DNA from: Candidatus Eiseniibacteriota bacterium
GTDB taxonomy: Bacteria > Eisenbacteria > RBG-16-71-46 > DASYSL01
Assembly: GCA_046598045.1 (NCBI GenBank)
Contig: JBKJJJ010000215.1
Coordinates: 31,617 to 95,616 of the forward strand
DNA length: 64,000 bases
Direction of reading: 5' to 3'
Every line of letters begins with the position of its first letter. Position 1 is the stretch's first letter. The translations under genes were made by a program, and so were the position numbers. The notes below the pieces were generated by a model. It saw only the letters and a program-made list of their open reading frames with translations. It ran no database searches and was not told where the DNA came from. Below are positions 26,952 to 36,435 of the stretch, piece by piece.

Positions 26952-29402
26952 GTGAAGATCCCGCACGATCCCGCCGATTCGCAAGGGCCGCGCCGGCGCG
27001 GGCGACCCCCGCGCGACGCGTCGCTCGCGCCGGGCGATCCGGGCGTGCTCGGCGGCCCGGGCGCGGAGACGTTCGCGCGCGCAATCCTGCACTCCCTCCC
27101 GGCGCACCTCGCGGTGATCGAAACCGACGGCCGCATCGTCGCCGTCAACAAGGCGTGGGAGAAATTCTCGCAGGAGGTCTCGGACACCTGGCCGGACATT
27201 CCGGGCCTGGGCGAGAACTACCTCGACGCCCTGGAAGAGGGGCGCGCGCTCGAGCGCGAGCGCGCGCGCGAGGCCGCGTCCGGCATCCAGGAGGTGCTCG
27301 ATCGCCGGCGCGCGCGCTTCGAGCTCGAATACGGGATCGAGACCGTCGGCGGCGTGCGCTGGTTCCTGCTGTGTGTCACGCCGCTGCTCGGGGCCGAGGG
27401 CGGCGCCGTGATCGCCCACACCGAGATCACCGCCCGCAAGCAGGCGGAGGTCACCGCCAACCAGAAGCACGAGATCCTGCACGCGGTGCTAGAGAGCAGC
27501 GCCGACGGCATCGTCGTCGCCGGTGCGGACGGAGAGTTCCTGCTGTTCAATGCCGCCGCGCGAGAGATCGCGGGCGTGGGCCTGATCGAGAGCCCGCCCG
27601 AAAAGTGGAACGAGGACTTCGGCATCTTCCATCCGGGCGGCCCGATGATGCGCCTCGAGGAGCTGCCGCTCTATCGCGCGATGCTGGGCCAGTCCACCGA
27701 CCGCGTGCGCATGCACCTCAGGAACCCCGCCGTTCCCGAAGGGCACGACATCGAGATTTCCGGTCGCCCGTGGAGCGTGCCGGGCGCCAGGCTCTCGGGT
27801 GGCGTGGTGGTCTTCCGCGACGTCACGAGCGAGGCCCTCGCACAGGCGAAGGTGCGCTTTCAGGCCGGCGTGCTCGACGCCGTGCCGAACGCGGTGCTGG
27901 CGCTCGATCCCGAAGGCAAGGTCGTGTACTGGAACCGGGGGGCGGAGCGGCTGATCGGCTGGACCTCGGCCGACCTCGTGGGCCGGCGCGGCCGGGACGT
28001 GCTGCTGTCCGAGGACGAGCGGGCGCAGGTCGACGGCATCCGCGCGTACTGCGAGGGCGGCGGCATCTTCCGTGGCGAGTTTCCGGCGCGGCGCCCGGAC
28101 GGCACGCAGGTTCCGATCCTCGCGCTCGCGAGCGCACTGCGCGACGAGGCGGACGCGCTCACCGGTTTCGTCGTCGTCGGCGTGGACCTGACCGATCTGC
28201 GCACCACGCAGGACGCATTGCGCGCGCGCGAGGCCGAGTTGCGCCAGTTCCAGAAGATGGAGGCGATCGGACGGCTCGCCGGCGGGGTCGCGCACGACTT
28301 CAACAACCTGCTGACCGTGATCCGCGGATACATGGACCTGCTGCTCATGCGGCTGCCCGAAAGCGAGCCCGTGCGCGAGGATGCGTTGCAGGTCGCGCGC
28401 GCGGCCGACCGCGCGGCGGAACTGACGGGGCAGCTGCTCGCCTTCAGCCGCAGCCGGCCGATCGCGAGCGCGCTCGTCGACATGAACCAGGTGGTCTCCG
28501 AGTTCCTGCCGATGCTCCAGCGCACGCTCGGCGAGAACATCAAGGTTGAGGCCAGGCTCGATTCGGATCTTGGCGTGGTGCGCGCCGACGCGGGCCAGAT
28601 CGGCCAGGTGCTGCTCAACCTGGCGCTCAACGCGCGCGACGCGATGCCCGAGGGCGGGACGCTCACGATCGGCACCGAGAACGCCGAGCTCGACGCGAGC
28701 TACCCCGGCACGCACGTCCCGCTGCCACCCGGGTCGTATGTCCGGCTGTCGGTCGGGGACACGGGCATCGGCATGGACGAGGAGACGCGCGCGCGCGTGT
28801 TCGAGCCGTTCTTCACGACCAAGGGGCCGGGACAGGGGACGGGCCTCGGGCTTTCGACCGCCTACGGCATCGTGCGCCAGCATGACGGCGCGATCTGGAT
28901 CTACAGCGAGTTGGGCCACGGCACGACCGTGCGGCTCTACCTGCCGCGCGTGCACGATGCGTTCACCGCGCCCGCGCCGCCGGCGCCGGAGTCCGTCGCC
29001 GCACCCGGCGGCGAGACCATCCTGCTGGTCGAGGACGAGAGCGCCGTGCGCCAGGTCGCGCGCCGGCTGCTCGAGACGCGCGGTTACCACGTGCTCGAGG
29101 CCGAGGGCGGCGAAACCGCGCTCGCCCATGCACGCGTACGCGCGCTGGGCATCGACCTGCTGTTGACCGACGTGATCATGCCCGGAATGAACGGACGTGA
29201 GGTCGCGGAAGCCGTGCGGGCGCTGCGCCCCGGGCTGCGCGTGCTCTACGTGTCCGGGCACTCGGGCGAGGTGCTCAATCGCCTGGGCGGCCTCGGGCCC
29301 GGTGCGCATTTCCTGACGAAACCGTTTTCCACGAACGAGCTGTGCGATGCCGTGCGCAAGGCCCTCGATGGTCCGGCCGGGCCCGGCACCGCGTCTTCCT
29401 GA
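26952..29402 (+). CDS. Cytoplasmic hybrid histidine kinase (3 PAS + HisKA + HATPase + REC), CckA-like
   Basis: 'LAGGVAHDFNNLL', 'NLALNARDAM', 'FEPFFTTKG.GQGTGLGL', REC 'LLVEDE...LLTDVIMP'. Confidence 0.95.
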   Translation: MKIPHDPADSQGPRRRGRPPRDASLAPGDPGVLGGPGAETFARAILHSLPAHLAVIETDGRIVAVNKAWEKFSQEVSDTWPDIPGLGENYLDALEEGRALERERAREAASGIQEVLDRRRARFELEYGIETVGGVRWFLLCVTPLLGAEGGAVIAHTEITARKQAEVTANQKHEILHAVLESSADGIVVAGADGEFLLFNAAAREIAGVGLIESPPEKWNEDFGIFHPGGPMMRLEELPLYRAMLGQSTDRVRMHLRNPAVPEGHDIEISGRPWSVPGARLSGGVVVFRDVTSEALAQAKVRFQAGVLDAVPNAVLALDPEGKVVYWNRGAERLIGWTSADLVGRRGRDVLLSEDERAQVDGIRAYCEGGGIFRGEFPARRPDGTQVPILALASALRDEADALTGFVVVGVDLTDLRTTQDALRAREAELRQFQKMEAIGRLAGGVAHDFNNLLTVIRGYMDLLLMRLPESEPVREDALQVARAADRAAELTGQLLAFSRSRPIASALVDMNQVVSEFLPMLQRTLGENIKVEARLDSDLGVVRADAGQIGQVLLNLALNARDAMPEGGTLTIGTENAELDASYPGTHVPLPPGSYVRLSVGDTGIGMDEETRARVFEPFFTTKGPGQGTGLGLSTAYGIVRQHDGAIWIYSELGHGTTVRLYLPRVHDAFTAPAPPAPESVAAPGGETILLVEDESAVRQVARRLLETRGYHVLEAEGGETALAHARVRALGIDLLLTDVIMPGMNGREVAEAVRALRPGLRVLYVSGHSGEVLNRLGGLGPGAHFLTKPFSTNELCDAVRKALDGPAGPGTASS

Positions 29403-29427
29403 CGTCATCGATTCCCGGAGGCAACGC

Positions 29428-30822
29428 ATGGAGTTCCCCGCCGAACCATTTCGCATCAAGGTCGTCGAGACACTCCGCCCGACCACGCGCGAGGAGCGCG
29501 TCGGGTGGCTCGAGGCGGCCGGATACAACCTGTTCCAGGTCCCGGCGGAGTCGATCTACATCGACCTCCTGACCGACAGCGGCACGTCGGCCATGAGCGA
29601 CAAACAGTGGGCCGCGCTGATGGTGGGGGACGAGTCCTACGCCGGCAGCCGCAGCTTCTACCGCTTCGAATCCGTCGTGCGCGATCTGTTCGGATTCCAC
29701 CACGTGATCCCCACGCACCAGGGGCGCATGGCCGAGAACCTGCTGTTCCATGCGGTGGTCAGCCCGGGCGACATCGTCCCGAACAACATCCACTTCGACA
29801 CCACCCGCGCGAACGCCGAGCAGGCGGGCGCGGAGGCGCTCGATCTGGTCGTGCCGGAGGGCCTCGATCCCCAGCACCGGGGCCTGTTCAAGGGCAACAT
29901 GGACGTGGCCCGGCTCGACCACGTGCTCACCGAGCACAAGGGCCGCGTGCCGGTCGTGATGCTGACGATCACGAACAACTCGGGCGGCGGCCAGCCGGTC
30001 TCGATGGCGAACGTGCGCGCCACCTCCGAGGTCTGCCGCCGCCACGGCGTCCCGTTGTTCTTCGACGCGTGCCGCTTCGCCGAGAACTGCTGGTTCATCC
30101 AGCAGCGCGAACCGGGCTATGCCGGCAAGAGCGTGAAGCAGATCGCGCAGGAACTGTTCGCCTTCGGCGAAGGCTGCACCATGAGCGCGAAGAAGGACGG
30201 CCTCGTCAACATCGGCGGTTTCGTCGCGATGAACGACGCGTCCTGGGCGGAGAAGATCACGCACCGCCTGATCCTGGTCGAAGGTTTTTCGACCTACGGC
30301 GGCCTCGCCGGCCGCGATCTCGAAGCGATCGCCCAGGGGCTCACCGAGGTGCTCGACGAACACTACCTTGCGTTCCGCATCGGCCAGGTCCGGCGGTTGG
30401 CCGAGACGCTGACCGATGCGGGCGTGCCGATCATCCAGCCGCCGGGCGGGCACGCGGTCTATCTCGACGCCCGCGCGATTGCGCCTCATATCCCGCCGGC
30501 CGGGTTCCCGGGGCAGGCGATCGCGGTCGCGCTCTACCGCGACTACGGCATCCGCGGCGTGGAGATCGGGAGCCTCATGTTCGGCGGCGCCGACCCCCGC
30601 ACGGGCAAGGAAACCGCGCCGGCGCTCGAGCTGGTGCGGCTCGCGATCCCGCGGCGCGTCTACACCGAGGCGCAGCTCGGTTACGTGGCGAAAAGCGTGA
30701 TCGAGGTCCACCAGAACGCTTCCGGGCTGCGCGGGCTCCGGATCACGCACGGTGCGCCGTTCCTGCGCCATTTCACGGCCTCCCTTGAGGAGCTCCCGGA
30801 GGGCGTCCCGGCGGTCGGCTGA
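29428..30822 (+). CDS. tnaA: Tryptophanase (PLP beta-eliminating lyase)
   Basis: 'EPFRIK', 'IDLLTDSGT', PLP Lys motif 'MSAKKD', 'EIGSLM' and 'LRHFTA' fit tryptophanase better than tyrosine phenol-lyase (SGKKD, LRFFTA). Confidence 0.85.
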   Translation: MEFPAEPFRIKVVETLRPTTREERVGWLEAAGYNLFQVPAESIYIDLLTDSGTSAMSDKQWAALMVGDESYAGSRSFYRFESVVRDLFGFHHVIPTHQGRMAENLLFHAVVSPGDIVPNNIHFDTTRANAEQAGAEALDLVVPEGLDPQHRGLFKGNMDVARLDHVLTEHKGRVPVVMLTITNNSGGGQPVSMANVRATSEVCRRHGVPLFFDACRFAENCWFIQQREPGYAGKSVKQIAQELFAFGEGCTMSAKKDGLVNIGGFVAMNDASWAEKITHRLILVEGFSTYGGLAGRDLEAIAQGLTEVLDEHYLAFRIGQVRRLAETLTDAGVPIIQPPGGHAVYLDARAIAPHIPPAGFPGQAIAVALYRDYGIRGVEIGSLMFGGADPRTGKETAPALELVRLAIPRRVYTEAQLGYVAKSVIEVHQNASGLRGLRITHGAPFLRHFTASLEELPEGVPAVG

Positions 30823-30926
30823 ACTTTCCGGCCGTTCCGGGGTATGCTGGTGGGGTCCCGCCCGGGACTCGGGCGTTCCAATGCACGCATTCAGGGGGAT
30901 TGAAATTGGCGACTCGTTTTCACGTC

Positions 30927-31865
30927 ATGCGGTCCGCAGGGGCCACGCTCGGGGCGCTCGTCGCGCTGCTCGGCGCCGCCGGTTGCGGCGCGTCGCGGCA
31001 CGACGCGGTGACGAATCTGTCTTCGGTGCGCACGGGTCCGATCGCGGCCACCGGGGCGCCGGTGAACCCCGCGCTCACCGACGCGGCGGCCCTGCTCGCC
31101 GCGCGCAAGCAGAAGCTCGGCCATCCCTGGTTCCCGATGGTTCCGGGCGCGTACGTTGACTACCGCGTGACGCGCCTCGGCGTGGGGCTGCGCTACGTGC
31201 GCGTCGCGGTCGGCGCGCCGGAGCTCTTCTTCGGGCGGCTCGCGACGCCGTTCGTCTACGACGACGTCCCCGGCCAGGTGCGCGACTCCACCCTGTACGG
31301 CCTGCACCAGTACTTCTCGATCTCGCCGCGGGGCGACGTCTGGTTCCACGGCGCGCAGAACAACGGCTTCATGTCCCACACCGATCCGCCCGTGCGGCAG
31401 TTGCTCGCCTCGCCGACGCCGGGGGAGACGTGGGCGGACACGGTCCAGTTCGAGAGCTTCTTTCCGGGGATGGTCCTGTTCGTGCGCGACAACTACCTGT
31501 ACTCGTGGACGCTCTCGGATCCGGCGAAACTCGTGCTGCCGGGCGGCGTCTTCCGGGCGGTGCGTGCCGGCGCGAGCATCGACGATGCGCCGGTCGCGGG
31601 CGTGCGCTCGCCCATGCACACCGAGGTCGGTGGGCTCACGCCCGGGAACGCCGCGCTCGAGGCGTTCGCGCGACTCGGATTGACGCCGCTGCCCGAGCCG
31701 TTGCGCGGCTCATGGTTCTCGCGCCACGACGGCATGGTCGCGCGCGATTGGCCCTCGGGTGCGGGCGTGGTCAATCTCAACTCGGTGACGTTGGAGCGCA
31801 TCGGGAGCGGGACCGGGCCGGTGCCGCCGCCCACGCCACCACCCCTTCCGCCGGGTACCGGCTAA
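30927..31865 (+). CDS. Hypothetical lipoprotein
   Basis: Signal peptide with lipobox-like 'LLGAAGC'; beta-rich body; Pro-rich tail. Confidence 0.7.
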   Translation: MRSAGATLGALVALLGAAGCGASRHDAVTNLSSVRTGPIAATGAPVNPALTDAAALLAARKQKLGHPWFPMVPGAYVDYRVTRLGVGLRYVRVAVGAPELFFGRLATPFVYDDVPGQVRDSTLYGLHQYFSISPRGDVWFHGAQNNGFMSHTDPPVRQLLASPTPGETWADTVQFESFFPGMVLFVRDNYLYSWTLSDPAKLVLPGGVFRAVRAGASIDDAPVAGVRSPMHTEVGGLTPGNAALEAFARLGLTPLPEPLRGSWFSRHDGMVARDWPSGAGVVNLNSVTLERIGSGTGPVPPPTPPPLPPGTG

Positions 31866-33256
31866 GCCGCGGCGGAGAGCGGCCCGGCGTCGCTCATCGC
31901 GGCGGGATCCTCGGCGAGTCCGAGGATGCGCTCCGATGCGTTCGCGTGATCGAACCCCAGGCGCGCCTCCTCCGACAACCACACCGACTCGTAGTGCCCC
32001 GGCTCGCCCGCGAGCGTGACGAACATCGCGCCCAGGAACAGCGCCCGTGCCCGCGTGTTCTGCGCCGCGCGTGCGAGCAGCGTGCGGAAGTCGGGCGTTG
32101 GCTCGCAGGCCACGACGAGGCAGCGCGCGGCCGCGTGCGCCATGGTTGACGCACGCACGCCGCGGACGAGGTCGAGCACGACGACCGAGGCGCCTTCGTG
32201 CAGCGCCTGGCGCAGGTCGGAGTCCAGGCGCTCGGCGGAGGTCGCGCGCAACGAGAGCGGGCCCTGCGCGGCCTCGGTGATGTCCTCGCCGAGCACCACG
32301 GTGAAGCGTCCGCGCACCGCGAACTCCTCGGCGAGCGCGCGCGCGGTCACGCTTCGGCCCGCGGCCGGCGGCGCGCCGAGCCAGACCAGGCCGCGGGGCG
32401 CGCCCGCCGCCTCGTCGAGCCACTCCTCGGGCAGGCCGGCGCTCGACCAGTCCATCACCGGCGGCACGCCGCGCAGGAACAGCGCCTCGCCGCCGGCCTC
32501 GTGCAACAGCGCGACGACGAACGCGCCGGCCGAGGAGGTCCGCCGCTGCGCGCCCACGCTCGCACCCAGCGCCGCGATCGCCATCGTCACGGTGTCGGGC
32601 GAGAGCACGCTCGGCAACGCGGTCATGTGGCCGTCCCTGAGGCCGAGCGCCGGCTCGCCGGGGCGCACCAGCACGGCCGAGTGCCCCGACGCGCGCGCCT
32701 CCTCCCACAGCCGCCCGAGCGGATCGTCGCTGCCGGTCGTGCCACCGCGCTCGCCGCGCAACGTCTGGAAGAGCTGGCGCAGTTCGTCGCCGGACTCCGA
32801 ACGCTTGCGAATCGCCTCCTCGTGCGTCCACTGCTCCGGCCGGTCGCCCTCGGGGCCTTCGCCTCTCTGCGCGCGCTCCTCGCGGTGCTCGTCCATGAAG
32901 CGTGCGATGTCGAGGATCAGGGACTCGGTGCCGGTCTGGATGCTGCGCAGCGGCGGGGGCGGCTGGAGGCGGAACATGAAGGTGCCGCCGGTCCACGCGA
33001 AGATGCGGTAGGCGGCCTGCTCGCCGTCGGCGAGCGCGTCGTCCACCGCGTTGACGATCTGGCCGTGGTCGAAGTAGATCGCGCCGCGCTTGCCCAGGGC
33101 TTCGATCTCGAGCACGCCCGTCTTCTGTCCGAGCAGCAGGAACTGGCAGATCTCGAACAGGTCGGTCTGGTCGAGCCGCCCCGTCAGCAGGAGATTCTCG
33201 GGCACGCCGTGGGCCGTGCCGCCCTCGGCCACCAACCCCCCGCGTCCGCGACTCAT
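31862..33256 (-). CDS. DUF4388 (PATAN-like) domain fused to a degenerate PilT-like ATPase
   Basis: N-terminal 'LTGRL...DLFEICQFL....KTGVL...GAIYFDHGQIVNA...GEQAAYRIFAWTGGTF'; C-terminal half is collinear with the neighbouring PilT but has eroded motifs. Confidence 0.75.
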   Translation of the reverse strand: MSRGRGGLVAEGGTAHGVPENLLLTGRLDQTDLFEICQFLLLGQKTGVLEIEALGKRGAIYFDHGQIVNAVDDALADGEQAAYRIFAWTGGTFMFRLQPPPPLRSIQTGTESLILDIARFMDEHREERAQRGEGPEGDRPEQWTHEEAIRKRSESGDELRQLFQTLRGERGGTTGSDDPLGRLWEEARASGHSAVLVRPGEPALGLRDGHMTALPSVLSPDTVTMAIAALGASVGAQRRTSSAGAFVVALLHEAGGEALFLRGVPPVMDWSSAGLPEEWLDEAAGAPRGLVWLGAPPAAGRSVTARALAEEFAVRGRFTVVLGEDITEAAQGPLSLRATSAERLDSDLRQALHEGASVVVLDLVRGVRASTMAHAAARCLVVACEPTPDFRTLLARAAQNTRARALFLGAMFVTLAGEPGHYESVWLSEEARLGFDHANASERILGLAEDPAAMSDAGPLSAAA

Positions 33257-34521
33257 CCGCCGTTCCCTCCGACGCGCGCCGCGAGCGAGCCCGGCCGCAC
33301 CGCGCCCGCGGGTCCGCCATTGTCCGCCGCTCCACCGAGCGCGCCGAGGATCCCCTTGAGCCCGCCGTCGGCGTCCCGGGCCGCGGCCGCCGCGGCCGTC
33401 GTGCCGGACTCGGTCGCGCCCGCGCCGTCGTCGCCCATCGCCGCGTCGCCCGCTGCGCGCGCGCCTTCGCGCGACGTGCGTTCGAGCGTGTCGGCGTCGA
33501 TTCCGTAGCCCGCGGCCTCCTCGGCGGCGACGACGCCCTGGCGCACGAGCGTCAGCACCGAGTCCTCGAACGTGAGCATGCCGTCGCGCTTGCTGCTCTG
33601 CATGACGCTCGCGAGCTGGAACGTCTTCTTCTCGCGGATCAGGCTCGAGACCGCCGGCGTGCCGAACAGGATCTCGACCGCGGCCGCGCGTCCCCGGCCG
33701 TCGGCGCGCTTCAGGAGGCGCTGCGCGACGATGCCCTTGAGCGATTCCGAGAGCTGGCTGCGCACCTGGTTCTGCTGGTCCGGGGGAAACGCGTCGAGGA
33801 TGCGATCGACGGTCGCGATCGCGCTCTGCGTGTGCAGCGATCCGAGCACGAGCTGCCCGGTCTCGGCGGCGGAGATCGCGAGTGCGAGCGACTCACGGTC
33901 GCGCATCTCGCCCACGAGGATGACGTTCGGATCCTCGCGCAGCGAAGCCCGGAGCGCGTCCGCGAACGAGCGCGTGTTACGCCCGACCTCGCGCTGGTTC
34001 ATGAGGCAGCGCTGGTTCTGGTGCACGTACTCGATCGGGTCCTCGAGCGTGATCACGTGGCGTTTGCGCGTGCGGTTGATGTGGTCGACGATCGCAGCCA
34101 GCGTGGTCGATTTTCCGCTGCCGGGCGGGCCGGTCACGATCACCAGGCCGCGGTTCATCTCCGCGAAGCGCAGGACCTGCGGCGGCAGCCCGAGCTGCTC
34201 GACGGTCAGGATGCGCGTGGGGAGCAGGCGGAACGCGGCCGCCATGCCGTTGGTCTGCTGGTACACGTTGCAGCGCAGGCGCACGACGGTCGGGACCTCG
34301 TACGCGAAGTCCACCTCCTCGAGGCCCTGGTAGCGCGCCATCTGCTCCTCGGTCATGATCTCGGCAAGCAGGCCGACGATGACCTCCGAGGTCAGCGGCT
34401 CGTACTCGATGGGCTGCAAATCACCGTGAATCCGGAGCATCGGGGGCGAGCCCGAGACCAGGTGAAGGTCCGAGGCCCCCTGGGCCTGGACCAGTTGCAG
34501 GATCGAATCGATGCGTGGCAC
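33253..34521 (-). CDS. pilT: Type IV pilus retraction ATPase, PilT/PilU family
   Basis: 'GASDLHL', Walker A 'GPPGSGKSTT', Asp box 'TLEDPIE', Walker B 'LREDPNVILVGEMRD', His box 'AAETGQLVLGSLHT', 'SSLIRE'; GTG start. Confidence 0.92.
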   Translation of the reverse strand: MPRIDSILQLVQAQGASDLHLVSGSPPMLRIHGDLQPIEYEPLTSEVIVGLLAEIMTEEQMARYQGLEEVDFAYEVPTVVRLRCNVYQQTNGMAAAFRLLPTRILTVEQLGLPPQVLRFAEMNRGLVIVTGPPGSGKSTTLAAIVDHINRTRKRHVITLEDPIEYVHQNQRCLMNQREVGRNTRSFADALRASLREDPNVILVGEMRDRESLALAISAAETGQLVLGSLHTQSAIATVDRILDAFPPDQQNQVRSQLSESLKGIVAQRLLKRADGRGRAAAVEILFGTPAVSSLIREKKTFQLASVMQSSKRDGMLTFEDSVLTLVRQGVVAAEEAAGYGIDADTLERTSREGARAAGDAAMGDDGAGATESGTTAAAAAARDADGGLKGILGALGGAADNGGPAGAVRPGSLAARVGGNGG

Positions 34522-34577
34522 GTGACCCCTTCCCCGACGCAGGCGACACCTGAGAACCGGTAAGCGGTTTCGCCACT

Positions 34578-34593
34578 TGCAAGACAAGTGCCA
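34578..34593 (-). promoter_or_regulatory. Sigma-54 (-24/-12) promoter for pilT
   Basis: Minus strand reads TGGCAC-TTGTC-TTGCA, a perfect consensus match, 56 nt upstream of the pilT start. Confidence 0.8.
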
Positions 34594-34772
34594 TGCACAA
34601 CGTGCAACATGCGGCGGAGAATCGCCGCGTCCACGCGCACTCGGAGCGCACGCGATCCGCCCCGGTCCGGATCGTGCGAATTCCCCGTGCGGAGAGCACG
34701 GGCGCCCGTGCAGGGCGCACGCACTCCCGCGCGGCCCCTGCCCGAAATCCCGCGCCCAGCGCGATCCGGCGG

Positions 34773-34789
34773 CTGGCACATGGCCTGCA
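34773..34789 (+). promoter_or_regulatory. Sigma-54 promoter for the divergent gene
   Basis: CTGGCAC-ATGGC-CTGCA with correct GG-N10-GC spacing. Confidence 0.65.
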
Positions 34790-34866
34790 ATGGGAGGAGG
34801 GGACCGCTGCAGGAGCTGCCCGTCGGGTGGCGCGCGGCGGATGTCGCTGGAGCCAAGGAGAGCCCC

Positions 34867-35448
34867 GTGTTCCGCGTCCCCAAGTGTCGAGCCACGGTCA
34901 AGCTGTGCGGGATGGATGGGTCGGTCACGCGCGGCGCGCTGTTCGTCGATCCCGCGAGTCCGAGACATGGCGGACAGCAGACGATCCTCGAGCGCCTGAA
35001 TGGCCCCGAAGGGTTCATCGTTCTCGAGGTGGGGGACGCCGGCCAGATCGAGATCTTTCAGAAGCGCCACCTGCTGCGAGTGACGCCCACGGGCGAGATG
35101 CCGATGGACCACGTCTTCGTCCCGGACGGCCTGGTGACGCGCCAGGAGGACGTCGTGCTGACCATGACGAACGGCAGCACGATGCACGGACGGATCTGGA
35201 TGGGCCTGCCGCATGATCGGTCGCGGCTCTCGGACTTCCTCAACATGGGCGAGGAGTTCTTTCCCCTGCTGATCCCGGGCGGCATTCATCTCGTGCGCAC
35301 CGACGCCGTGGTCAAGGCCGTGCCGCTGGTGGACGCACCGACCGGCGAGGAAGTGACCAGGGAGGACCTCAACGCGATCCAGAACACGTTCCGGGAATCG
35401 TTCGAGCACGCGGGCGGCACCGTGCGCCCCGGGCTCGGCCGCGACTGA
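34867..35448 (+). CDS. Hypothetical protein with a tandem small beta domain (DUF6812-like)
   Basis: AAGGAG RBS then GTG; two repeats, 'DGSVTRGALFV...ILERLNGPEGFI' and 'NGSTMHGRIWM...RLSDFLNMGEEFF'. Confidence 0.7.
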   Translation: MFRVPKCRATVKLCGMDGSVTRGALFVDPASPRHGGQQTILERLNGPEGFIVLEVGDAGQIEIFQKRHLLRVTPTGEMPMDHVFVPDGLVTRQEDVVLTMTNGSTMHGRIWMGLPHDRSRLSDFLNMGEEFFPLLIPGGIHLVRTDAVVKAVPLVDAPTGEEVTREDLNAIQNTFRESFEHAGGTVRPGLGRD

Positions 35449-35454
35449 ATCGTC

Positions 35455-36036
35455 TTAGGCGGGGATCGTGGCCGCGATCCGTGCCACGACGTCGGCCGGG
35501 TCGCGCGCGACTTCGACGAAGCGCGCGAGCTCCGGCGCGACGAGCCCGGGCGCGGTCACGGCGCGCATGAATTCCTCGTAGGGCCCGCCGAGGCAGACCA
35601 GCGGCGCCTGGGGGCGACCGTCGACGGCGAGCAGGTTCCAGGTCAGGAAGAGTTCCGCCATCGTGCCCACCGATCCCTCGAGCACCACGAACGCCGCGGC
35701 CACGTGCACGAGATAATCGAGCCGCTCGAGCAGCGTCGTCGTGTCCTCGCGATGGCTCAGGTGCGGATTCGCCGGGCGGTGGTTGAACAGCGCGGTGGTC
35801 ACGCCGATGACCGGCGCGCCGCCCTTCGCGGCGCCCTCGCTCACCGCCTCCATCGCGCCGGCATAGCCCCCGTTCATCACGGCGTATCCGGCGCGCGCGA
35901 GGCGCTCTCCCAGTTCCACCGCGACCGCCCAGGCCGGCTTCTCACGCGTCAGCGTGCTCGAGCCGAACACTGCGACGATCTTGCGATCGGTCGGTGGCGT
36001 GAAGCGCGGCGGCATCACCCGTGGGGCGGGGGACAT
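35455..36036 (-). CDS. LOG family (Rossmann-fold nucleotide-binding) protein
   Basis: 'VAVFGSS', 'NGGYAGAMEAVS.GA', 'LEGSVGTMAEL'. Confidence 0.88.
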   Translation of the reverse strand: MSPAPRVMPPRFTPPTDRKIVAVFGSSTLTREKPAWAVAVELGERLARAGYAVMNGGYAGAMEAVSEGAAKGGAPVIGVTTALFNHRPANPHLSHREDTTTLLERLDYLVHVAAAFVVLEGSVGTMAELFLTWNLLAVDGRPQAPLVCLGGPYEEFMRAVTAPGLVAPELARFVEVARDPADVVARIAATIPA

Positions 36037-36043
36037 GGATCTC

Positions 36044-36415
36044 TCAGACCGAAAACGACTCGCCGCACGAGCACGAGCGCTTTGCGTTCGGATTGACGAA
36101 CTTGAAGCCCCTGTCCATGAGCGAGACCGTGTAGTCGAGTGTCGTCCCGGCGAGGAAAAGCTGGCTCTTGATGTCGAGGAACACCCTGAGGCCGTCGACC
36201 TCGATCACCTGGTCGCCCTTGCGCGCCTCGCGCTCGAACTCGAGCATGTAGGACAGCCCCGAGCAACCGCCTCCGCGCACGCCGACGCGCAGGCCGTGGT
36301 CCTCCTTGCCGTGCTTGGCGAGCATCTCCCGCGCCTTGGTGACCGCGAGGGGCGTGACGGTGATCAGCGGTCGCGTCGGCTTCGTGGCGGCGGCCGGGGT
36401 CGTGGTTTCGGACAT
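36044..36415 (-). CDS. iscA: IscA/HesB Fe-S assembly protein
   Basis: 'LRVGVRGGGCSGLSY', 'NPNAKRSCSCGESF'; AGGAGG RBS. Confidence 0.93.
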   Translation of the reverse strand: MSETTTPAAATKPTRPLITVTPLAVTKAREMLAKHGKEDHGLRVGVRGGGCSGLSYMLEFEREARKGDQVIEVDGLRVFLDIKSQLFLAGTTLDYTVSLMDRGFKFVNPNAKRSCSCGESFSV

Positions 36416-36435
36416 GCGGCAAAGTCCTCCTGGGT

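Noticed and set aside
29428-30822. Tyrosine phenol-lyase assignment suggested by the N-terminus 'PAEPFRIK'
   Set aside because: The diagnostic motifs SAKKD, EIGS and LRHFT favour tryptophanase
34594-34606. TGCAC-AAC-GTGCA palindrome beside the pilT sigma-54 promoter, similar to the LexA box
   Set aside because: The spacer is 3 nt, not 4, and LexA spacing is strict; it may bind another factor but I cannot support that
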